Assembly: GCA_949358305.1 (NCBI GenBank)
Contig: OX442314.1
Span: 29,016,001-29,080,000, forward strand
Reading direction: 5' to 3'
DNA length: 64,000 nt
From: Strigamia acuminata
Taxonomy: Eukaryota
Part shown: piece after piece, positions 1-10,538 of the stretch
Layout: each line of letters starts with the position of its first letter
Numbering within the stretch: the first letter of the stretch is position 1
The notes under the pieces: generated by a model
Told to the model about the DNA's origin: nothing
The model's input: only the letters and a program-made list of their open reading frames with translations
Databases searched by the model: none
Made by a program: the position numbers and the translations under genes

Positions 1-959
1 TGCCAAATTTTGGCGCAAGTTACGTGAGGTTTGCGCGCATCCAACTATGACGAAAAATCCATGCGTGTGCACGCGCGATTTACTGGCGCGTTGGAAGCGT
101 TAAAATAAATTTTTCCAATATCTAACACAATTTGCACCGAATTATGGCAATTTTTGACAAATTTACATGGATTTTTGCCAGTATTTGACAAATTTCCACG
201 GATTTTTGACAATATTTGACAAATTCCAGACAAATTTCAGACAAATTTCAATTAATTTTTGAAATTTTATGAGAAATTTCAGCAAATGTTTGAGGATTGA
301 GGAAATCTTCTGAAATTTGTCAAATATAGGCAAAAATCTTCTGAAATTTGTCAAATACAGGCAAAAATCTGCTGAAATTTGTCAAAAATTGCCCAAATTC
401 CGTGCAAGTTTTGCAAGTTTTGCGCGCATCAAATCGTATGCGCGCCTATACTATTGCACGAGCGCATTGACGCGTGATGAACACCGACCACGTTTACGAA
501 GTGAATTCGAGCTACAAAAGTATCGAGTCGCCATTCTATGATGGAAAAAAAAAATTAAGTGTAAACAAACAAAATAAAAACTTTAATATACAAGAAACGT
601 ACAATTCCACTCAACTTTGTTTCAAATTTTATTTATTGGATCATTGAAAATAAACAGTAGTGTTGTGCACTGTACGCTTAAGTGTATACCGGCGATGCGT
701 TGTTTTGTGGTGGGGATTTGCCTCGATAATTGATCTTTTCTCTTTGTTTGCAATATTTTTTTGGCCTTTTTTGTTGATTTTTCGGTTTGAAATTGTTTTT
801 TTCCGGTGTAATTTAAGTGGTGGAAGGTTGTTGGCGTGTGTTGAGGGTAATTTTGGCGGTTTTTGGGTCGGGATTAGTGTTTTCTGCGATTTTTGATCGG
901 TATTTGGGGTTTGATGCAGCGGATAGCGCATGCGAATCGCCGTCGACCGTAGCATTAGC
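1..959 (+). repeat. 3' part of a ~1.68-kb tandem-repeat unit (same family as 10658-30239); contains the empty Gypsy target site AAAA at 516-519
   Basis: Matches 19787-20305 (offset 19786) and 29800-30239 (offset 29280); the same spurious ORFs recur in the ORF track. Confidence 0.95.
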
Positions 960-3080
960 AAGTGCGCGCGCAAGTTAAATGTGTACAGGACTGTGAGAAA
1001 ATAAAACGTGTGTGGAAAAGTAAATGTTCTTTGGTGATCGCCATGAGTTCGTACTTTGTCGTGGGCGCGAAATGTGTGTGATATATATGCTACTATGCGT
1101 GATGTAGCGCCGTCAGCGCGTTTCAGCACGCGATGTAGCGCCTTGAGCGCGTCCAAATGCGTACAGGTGTTCGACAGATGTGCCAGGGCTTCACGTGCAT
1201 ACACGAAACATAAACATGAAGAAAACAGAAAAAACCGTTGTGTGTGATGTGTATAAAGACACATTACACAAAGAATACTACTCTTCATACAAAAAGCAAT
1301 AAACTTTATACATATTGCAATAAACTTACAAAATGGTAAAAATAAAATACTGGAAAACATGGCCTTGAATAATAGTGGAAAACATGGCATACTGCCTTGA
1401 ATAATAGTGAAAAACATGGCGTACTGCCTTGAATACCCCCTTGAATACGTCGCACCGCATCATCTCGCCTCACTTCCCGTCTTGGAAATAAATAAATGCC
1501 CCGGCGTTTATTCGAGGCAATGTCCAACTTGGGCTTTCATTCGCGCCTCACATCCCGCCTTGGTAATAAATAAACGCCCCGGCGTTTATTCGAGGCACAT
1601 CACCCACACCTCCCCGGCGTTCAAACGAGTAGCTGCGCGTATTTGACCCCGGTTTTTATTTTTTCAAATTGTCGTGTGTTTTCAAAGTTCTTAATTTGTT
1701 CAAAAACAAACAAAATGGCTATTTGTTGATTTTTAATTGATTTTATCGATTTCTGTTCGTTTTTTGCTGGTTTTTAATCGATTTTTCTGTATTTTTGATC
1801 AATTTTTGCCAATTGTAATCGTTATTTGTCATTCTGAATTGATTATTGTCAGGTTTCAGTCGATTTTTGTCGATTTCTGATCAATGTTTATACATTTTTT
1901 ATCATTTTGTGTAGATTTCTGTTGAATTTTAATCATATTTCTTCGTTTTTATTCAATTTTTGTCCCATGCTCCGCGATCAGTTCGAATAATTGACACCAT
2001 ACTGTGCTTTTACTCATATTCAAGATGGCGTCGCAAACTCAAGGTCGAATTCCGCTGAATTCATTTATTGCGACTGTTTGCGCTCCATACATGCGAAAAG
2101 GATTATGGGAAAAATCCTCAATGCAGGTCATTTTGGTGTCAAATGAGCGAGGAAAGCTGGAGATAAGGAAAATTGGTGAAATTTCAAAAAAAAGCTAAAC
2201 AATCAAAATTTACATGAAGCTCAATTTTTCTAACTGGAAATGCATGTATCGTCAATTTCGGGATATTTTAGGGGTGAAATTGACTGGGAAGGGACCCCCA
2301 CATTCCCCATGCGTCAACGCGCGCGTTGACGAAATTCAAATCCAGGTTTTCACACAGCCCCACGTTATTTTCGGGTTCCAATTGCCGTATTGCCGTATTG
2401 CCTCAAATAAACGCCGGGGCGTTTATTAATTTTCATTAATTTTCCAGACCGGAAATGAGGCGAGGTGATGCGGTACGATGCAAAATTGCGAGATGTAGTT
2501 TGCTTTATTTGTTAAAACAAATTAGGCGTCACTAATTCACCTGTATTAGGGTTTCAATGTGTGAAATTTCAAAATTTATCGGTTCCGTCAAAACGCCATT
2601 GAAAAGTTACATTTTTATAACGTTTCAATGATGAAAACGGCCATTTTTGATGAAAAACAGCCATTTTTTATAGAAAAAACGACGAAGAAAGCCATTTTCA
2701 CTATGAAAAATGGCTGAAAATGACCATTTTGACGAAAAACGGCCATTTTTACTACGAAAAATGGCTAAAAATGCCACTTGAGTGAGTGCAAGTACATTTG
2801 GTGATGTACTATCGCGAGCGCGCGCGTTTTTGTGCAGTACAATGTGCTGATTAAACCAACAGCATTATAGAGTGATTACATTGTTCATTTGTGTTTTTAA
2901 GTTACAAAATGGTACAAAATCATAAAATAAACTTGTAAAGTGCAATTTCTGCGGATTGATCAAAATCCGCAAAATCCGCCGCAAAATTGCGAACAGGGGA
3001 TCAGCATATAGGCAGCCGTAATGTTAAAAATGGGGTCCCTTTCGCACTCCGCAAAATCCGCATGCGCGCCATAAGGTTAA
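960..3080 (+). repeat. 2.1-kb non-coding tail of the composite repeat, copy 1, ending ...GCGCGCCATAAGG-TTAA
   Basis: Near-identical to 30240-32360 (offset 29280; one SNP seen, 1018 A vs 30298 G). Identity ends exactly after TTAA 3077-3080. Confidence 0.93.
1447..2480. repeat. Diverged inverted pair (1447-1521 / 2396-2480) with GCCCCGGCGTTTATTCGAGGCAAT motifs; probable DNA-transposon end remnants (also at +29280)
   Basis: Reverse complement of 2396-2480 aligns to 1447-1521; a third motif copy lies at ~1566-1597. The pogo/Tigger-like resemblance is from memory only. Confidence 0.5.
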
Positions 3081-4590
3081 GCACTCCAGAAGCGTGTGTC
3101 GCACGCGTCGGCGCGCCGCTAAAAACATATCCTTTTCGCGGATTGGCTTCCGCGAAATCCGCATTTTGGGGGTGACTATTCTGGGAATTCCGGGTGGACC
3201 ATACTCTTCCGAAAAATGTCCGGGGTGGTGTTGGGAGTGTCGATAGACTGTTTTGTGTCAAGGTTGCCAATTTTCATGTAAGTATTGGAAGGTTCATTTC
3301 TGTGCATTCTCATATATTTTTTTCACAGGAGCAACGAGGCGCGATGAAGGGGGATCAAGCGAGAGTGAATAAAATAAACTCGTTTTTGTCTCAAATGCGC
3401 GTTTGCGTTTGTAAATTTGGTTGTCTTGCAACGCGGTGGCGCGTTTGAGTTTCGTGTTGCGATACAAACACGCACGGGTGCGTATTGGAGTCGTAAACGA
3501 CTTTCTGTCGCAATGCGATCGCGTATTTGACAAATTTCTGCAGATTTTTGCCAATATTTGACAATTTTCAGACAAATTTCAATTAATTTTAGAAATTTTT
3601 GAGAGATTTCAATAAAAGTTTGAGGAATTTCTTATGCTGACGCTAAAATGCCAAAAGGAGTCTTAACTCAGAAGAGCACTTTTCCGACCACTTAGGTGTC
3701 GGAAAAGCACTTCCAAAGGTCGCAAAATGTGCTCTACGCGTTTTTTGACACTAGAACGGTCGAAAACGAGTCTAAAACTGCTAAGCTGGCGCCTGTAACT
3801 TGGCGCATTCGCTGGGTCGCTCAAAAATGAGATTCGAGCGAACCGAAACCTATGAGAGAAACGCGCCGGCGGAAATATTCGTTTTTACCAATGAATACTT
3901 AATAAATCTTCATGGGAATTTAATCCCAATCTACTGTAGGCTTAGGAACCTTGAATACCAAATAAAAACAAAGGAGCAAAGGCGGGAAACAAAGAACAAG
4001 GGCCCGACGCCCGTAAATCACCAAAATGGCTATCTGCCAGACACGCTAGTGGCCTTGAGCCACTTCTAACTTCGTTTTCGAGGTTGTGGGTCTCGAAAAC
4101 GACTAAACCGAGTGGTGGGAACGATTCCCGAGGTCTTTTTAGTCAATGTCGCCCAAAACCCGAATCAACAAGCTAACTTTCAACGAGAAACGAAGACTGG
4201 AGCCGAATGCGGTGATAAGCGCTCATTCCAGACTCGTGTAAGCGATCTCCGCTTAAAGCCAGTTGCTCTGAGCAGACGACGCAATCGCTTACCAAGGAAA
4301 AAGACGGGTTTATGGGCTCAAAACCCGACGAAACACTTAAACAGGATCCAGAAATTACCAAGCGAGTTGGTAAGCTAAACTAAAACTGTAAAATAAGTTG
4401 GGGACTTGGTAAAATGCGAGTCTCTCAAACTTTTGTTGCGTCCTGCTCGCAACACGCGCGATGTACGCGCGTGGCCGCGTGTTGAACGTGCGCACTACGC
4501 GCAAGAACCGTACAAACCGAGGTAAAACGAATTAAACACATATCTAATGCAAAAACAATTATTAAATACATCATTCTTGTTGCTGTTTGC

Positions 4591-7425
4591 AAACTTGCAA
4601 AACTTGCACCGAATTTGGGCAATTTTTTACAAATTTCAGCAGATTTTTGTCTATATTTGACAAATTTCAGCAGATTTTTGTCTATATTTGACAAATTTCA
4701 GCAGATTTCCTCAATCCTCAAACATTTGCTGATATTTCTCAAACATTTTCTAAAATTAATTGAAATCTGTCTGAAATTTGTCTTGAATGTGTCAAATATT
4801 GTCAAAAATCCGTGGAAATTTGTCAAATACTGGCAAAAATCCATGTAAATTTGTCAAAAATTGCCATAATTCGGTGCAAATTGTGTTAGATATTGGAAAA
4901 ATTTATTTTAACGCTTCCAACGCGCCAGTAAATCGCGCGTGCACACGCGTGGATTTTTCGTCATAGTTGGATGCGCGCAAACCTCACGTAACTTGCGCCA
5001 AAATTTGGCAATTTTTGACAAATTTCAGCAGATTTTTGCCAGTATTTGACAAATTTCCACTGATTTTTGACAATATTTGACCCAACAACTGCGCCACGTT
5101 CCAGGCGCCGGTTTAGGCATTTTAGACCCGTTTTAGACCGTTTTAGATGGCGAAAACGTTCTCTCCATCATTTTCTACCCCTGGGTGAGGTTTTCAGCGT
5201 TCATGATTGATGAAAAAGCTGTTTTCTAACTAGCTGTCCCATTGCTAGTTTTGGCGTCAGGTTTTAGCAACCTTCCGATCCGACTCTGTCGTCTGCACGA
5301 CCTCCAAGACCGTTTTAGGGTTAATTTGAGTCAAATAATTCATTCTGGGGGTTGTTTTGGGTTTTTTACAAGTGTGTTTTTGTAGTTTTTATTGGTTTCA
5401 AACATTGTCAATTCTTTATACAAGTGTAACTTTCATTTCTCTGTATTTTGAGAACTTTGCATTGCAGCAAAGTTCATTTCTTGCCCCTTAATTATTGTGT
5501 AATTGTTGGTTTTCAAGCCCGTTTTTTAACAATAACTTTATTTGAAGTGCCTATTGTTTCAGGCACGTGCTTCCACGTGCCTTTTATTGTTGAGCAATTT
5601 CTTGGGCAGTTGCGCTCCTGTTGCTAGCATTGCCGCGCGTTCTCCGCGCGCGTACTCGCGTTTCGCATCACACACATTCGGATTCGATGGCCTATCGCGG
5701 CGGCACATTGTGTGGCATAGCGCGGCAGGTTGCAATTGCTAATGCTACGGTCGACGGCGATTCGCATGCGCTATCCGCTGCATCAAACCCCAAATACCGA
5801 TCAAAAATCGCAGAAAACACTAATCCCGACCCAAAAACCGCCAAAATTACCCTCAACACACGCCAACAACCTTCCACCACTTAAATTACACCGGAAAAAA
5901 ACAATTTCAAACCGAAAAATCAACAAAAAAGGCCAAAAAAATATTGCAAACAAAGAGAAAAGATCAATTATCGAGGCAAATCCCCACCACAAAACAACGC
6001 ATCGCCGGTATACACTTAAGCGTACAGTGCACAACACTACTGTTTATTTTCAATGATCCAATAAATAAAATTTGAAACAAAGTTGAGTGGAATTGTACGT
6101 TTCTTGTATATTAAAGTTTTTATTTTGTTTGTTTACACTTAATTTTTTTTTTCCATCATAGAATGGCGACTCGATACTTTTGTAGCTCGAATTCACTTCG
6201 TAAACGTGGTCGGTGTTCATCACGCGTCAATGCGCTCGTGCAATAGTATAGGCGCGCATACGATTTGATGCGCGCAAAACTTGCAAAACTTGCACGGAAT
6301 TTGGGCAATTTTTGACAAATTTCAGCAGATTTTTGCCTGTATTTGACAAATTTCAGAAGATTTTTGCCTATATTTGACAAATTTCAGAAGATTTCCTCAA
6401 TCCTCAAACATTTGCTGAAATTTCTCATAAAATTTCTAAAATTAATTGAAATTTGTCTGAAATTTGTCTGGAATTTGTCAAATATTGTCAAAAATCCGTG
6501 GAAATTTGTCAAATACTGGCAAAAATCCATGTAAATTTGTCAAAAATTGCCATAATTCGGTGCAAATTGTGTTAGATATTGGAAAAATTTATTTTAACGC
6601 TTCCAAAGCGCCAGTAAATCGCGCGTGCACACGCATGGATTTTTTGTCATAGTTGGATGCGCGCAAACCTCACGTAACTTGCGCCAAAATTTGGCAATTT
6701 TTGACAAATTTCAGCAGATTTTTGCCAGTATTTGACAAATTTCCACTGATTTTTGACAATATTTGACCCAACAACTGCGCCACGTTCCAGGCGCCGGTTT
6801 AGGCATTTTAGACCCGTTTTAGACCGTTTTAGATGGCGAAAACGTTCTCTCCATCATTTTCTACCCCTGGGTGAGGTTTTCAGCGTTCATAATTGATGAA
6901 AAAGCTGTTTTCTAACTAGCTGTCCCATTGCTAGTTTTGGCGTCAGGTTTTAGCAACCTTCCGATCCGACTCTGTCGTCTGCACGACCTCCAAGACTGTT
7001 TTAGGGTTAATTTGAGTCAAATAATTCATTCTGGGTGTTGTTTTGGGTTTTTTACAAGTGTGTTTTTGTAGTTTTTATTGGTTTCAAACATTGTCAATTC
7101 TTTATACAAGTGTAACTTTCATTTCTCTGTATTTTGAGAACTTTGCATTGCAGCAAAGTTCATTTCTTGCCCCTTAATTATTGTGTAATTGTTGGTTTTC
7201 AAGCCCGTTTTTTAACAATAACTTTATTTGAAGTGCCTATTGTTTCAGGCACGTGCTTCCACGTGCCTTTTATTGTTGAGCAATTTCTTGGGCAGTTGCG
7301 CTCCTGTTGCTAGCATTGCCGCGCGTTCTCCGCGCGCGTACTCGCGCGTTTCGCATCACACACATTCGGGTTCAATGGCCTATCGCGGCGGCACATTGTG
7401 TGGCATAGCGCGGCACGTTGCAATT
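4591..7425 (-). repeat. 1.7 copies of the 1.68-kb unit in inverted orientation (left arm)
   Basis: Reverse complement of 10658-13492; the outer ~200 bp is more diverged. Confidence 0.93.
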
Positions 7426-7544
7426 ACGTGACGTGGCACGTTGCTGTTACGTGACGCGATAGCCAGTATTTAAGCAGGGGATTCCATCATCGTTTACACA
7501 AATGCGCATTGCAACGTGGAGGCGCATTCGAGTCCTTTTCCCAA

Positions 7545-8212
7545 GCGTTGAAAAAGGACAAAACTCGTATTCGATTCGAAAGCGAATCGAATACGATTTT
7601 TGTCCTTTTTCAACGCAAAATTGTATTCGATTCGCTTTCGAATCGAATACGAGTTTTGCCCTTCTTCAACGCGAAATCGTATTCGACTCGCTTTCGAGTC
7701 GAATGCGAATTTTTCCCTTCTTCAACGCGAAATCGTATTCGACTCGTTTTCGAGTCGAGTACGAGTTTTGCCCTTCTTCAACGCGAAATCGTATTCGACT
7801 CGTTTTCGAGTCGAATACGAGTTTTGCCCTTCTTCAACGCGAAATCGTATTCGACTCGTTTTCGAGTCGAGTACGAGTTTTGCCCTTCTTCAACGCGAAA
7901 TCGTATTCGACTCGTTTTCGAGTCGAGTACGAGTTTTGCCCTTCTTCAACGCGAAATCGTATTCGACTCGTTTTCGAGTCGAATACGAGTTTTGCCCTTC
8001 TTCAACGCGAAATCGTATTCGACTCGTTTTCGAGTCGAGTACGAGTTTTGCCCTTCTTCAACGCGAAATCGTATTCGACTCGTTTTCGAGTCGAATACGA
8101 GTTTTGCCCTTCTTCAACGCGAAATCGTATTCGACTCGTTTTCGAGTCGAGTACGAGTTTTGCCCTTCTTCAACGCGAAATCGTATTCGACTCGTTTTCG
8201 AGTCGAATACGA
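7545..8212 (+). repeat. 56-bp tandem repeat, ~12 units, each with a 14-bp-stem/4-nt-loop hairpin
   Basis: Unit GTTTTGCCCTTCTTCAACGCGAAA-TCGTATTCGACTCG-TTTT-CGAGTCGA(A/G)TACGA; starts at 7821, 7877 ... 8101 give period 56. Confidence 0.95.
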
Positions 8213-9870
8213 GATAGTCGATGACCCGTTCCCGGACTTTGACTCGTACGACTCGTATTCGAGATGTATTCGAGATGTATTCGAGATGTATTCGAATCGT
8301 ATTCGAGTCGCATTCGAGATGGTCGATGATTTCCACTCGCTCGTATACGCGTTGTATACGAGCTCGTATTTTGATCGTAATCGTAAACGAATCGTTTACA
8401 AGTCGTATACAAGTTGTATACGACGTGTATACACCTCGTATACGAACGAAGTTTGTGAAAACACAATTTCCAAATAAGACGTATGTGACTACTATGTGTT
8501 TTCATGTCGTAGTAAGTATCCGGTGGATTTTCCAAACTTCGTTCGTATACGAGGTGTATACACGTCGTATACAACTTGTATACGACTTGTAAACGATTCG
8601 TTTACGATTACGATCAAAATACGAGCTCGTATACAACGCGTATACGAGCGAGTGGAAATCATCGACCATCTCGAATGCGACTCGAATACGATTCGAATAC
8701 ATCTCGAATACATCTCGAATACGAGTCGTATACGAGATGGTCGATTTTTGTTTCCCGGACTTTGATTCGTATTCGAGTTGTTACGAGTTCGTATTTTGAT
8801 CGTATTCGTATTCGAATCGAATTCGAATCGTATTCGAATCGAATACGAATCGAATTCGAGTCGTATTCGAGATGGTCGATGATTTCCACTCGCTCGTATA
8901 CGCGTTGTATACGAGCTCGTATTTTGATCGTAATCGTAAACGAATCGTTTACAAGTCGTATACAAGTTGTATACGACGTGTATACACCTCGTATACGAAC
9001 GAAGTTTGTGAAAACACAATTTCCAAATAAGACGTATGTGACTACTATGTGTTTTCATGTCGTAGTAAGTATCCGGTGGATTTTCCAAACTTCGTTCGTA
9101 TACGAGGTGTATACACGTCGTATACAACTTGTATACGACTTGTAAACGATTCGTTTACGATTACGATCAAAATACGAGCTCGTATACAACGCGTATACGA
9201 GCGAGTGGAAATCATCGACCATCTCGAATGCGACTCGAATACGATTCGAATACATCCCGAATACATCTCGAATACGAGTCGTATACGAGATGGTCGATTT
9301 TTGTTTCCCGGACTTTGATTCGTATTCGAGTTGTTACGAGTTCGTATTTTGATCGTATTCGTATTCGAATCGAATTCGAATCGAATACGAATCGAATTCG
9401 AGTCGTATTCGAGATGGTCGATGATTTCCACTCGCTCGTATACGCGTTGTATACGAGCTCGTATTTTGATCGTAATCGTAAACGAATCGTTTACAAGTCG
9501 TATACAAGTTGTATACGACGTGTATACACCTCGTATACGAACGAAGTTTGTGAAAACACAATTTCCAAATAAGACGTATGTGACTACTATGTGTTTTCAT
9601 GTCGTAGTAAGTATCCGGTGGATTTTCCAAACTTCGTTCGTATACGAGGTGTATACACGTCGTATACAACTTGTATACGACTTGTAAACGATTCGTTTAC
9701 GATTACGATCAAAATACGAGCTCGTATACAACGCGTATACGAGCGAGTGGAAATCATCGACCATCTCGAATGCGACTCGAATACGATTCGAATACATCTC
9801 GAATACATCTCGAATACATCTCGAATACGAGTCGTACGAGTCAAAGTCCGGGAACGGGTCATCGACTATC
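8213..9870. repeat. Palindrome core: three direct-repeat stem-loops (150-190-bp arms around an identical 77-nt loop)
   Basis: Loops TGAAAACACAATTTCC...GGTGGATTTTC at 8456-8532, 9009-9085 and 9551-9627, all in the same orientation; arms 8266-8455/8533-8722 are reverse complements. Confidence 0.92.
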
Positions 9871-10538
9871 TCGTATTCGACTCGAAAACGAGTCGAATAC
9901 GATTTCGCGTTGAAGAAGGGCAAAACTCGTACTCGACTCGAAAACGAGTCGAATACGATTTCGCGTTGAAGAAGGGCAAAACTCGTATTCGACTCGAAAA
10001 CGAGTCGAATACGATTTCGCGTTGAAGAAGGGCAAAACTCGTACTCGACTCGAAAACGAGTCGAATACGATTTCGCGTTGAAGAAGGGCAAAACTCGTAT
10101 TCGACTCGAAAACGAGTCGAATACGATTTCGCGTTGAAGAAGGGCAAAACTCGTACTCGACTCGAAAACGAGTCGAATACGATTTCGCGTTGAAGAAGGG
10201 CAAAACTCGTACTCGACTCGAAAACGAGTCGAATACGATTTCGCGTTGAAGAAGGGCAAAACTCGTATTCGACTCGAAAACGAGTCGAATACGATTTCGC
10301 GTTGAAGAAGGGCAAAACTCGTACTCGACTCGAAAACGAGTCGAATACGATTTCGCGTTGAAGAAGGGAAAAATTCGCATTCGACTCGAAAGCGAGTCGA
10401 ATACGATTTCGCGTTGAAGAAGGGCAAAACTCGTATTCGATTCGAAAGCGAATCGAATACAATTTTGCGTTGAAAAAGGACAAAAATCGTATTCGATTCG
10501 CTTTCGAATCGAATACGAGTTTTGTCCTTTTTCAACGC
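9871..10538 (-). repeat. Mirror copy of the 56-bp hairpin array
   Basis: Reverse complement of 7545-8212; identical mirrored ORF translations. Confidence 0.95.

Noticed and set aside
641..1417. 258-aa ORF (also 29921-30697) and the recurring 60-110-aa ORFs in the 1.68-kb units
   Set aside because: Low-complexity translations with no recognisable motifs; the ORF crosses a repeat junction.
7545..10538. CRISPR array
   Set aside because: The spacers between hairpins are identical, there are no cas genes, and the context is eukaryotic.
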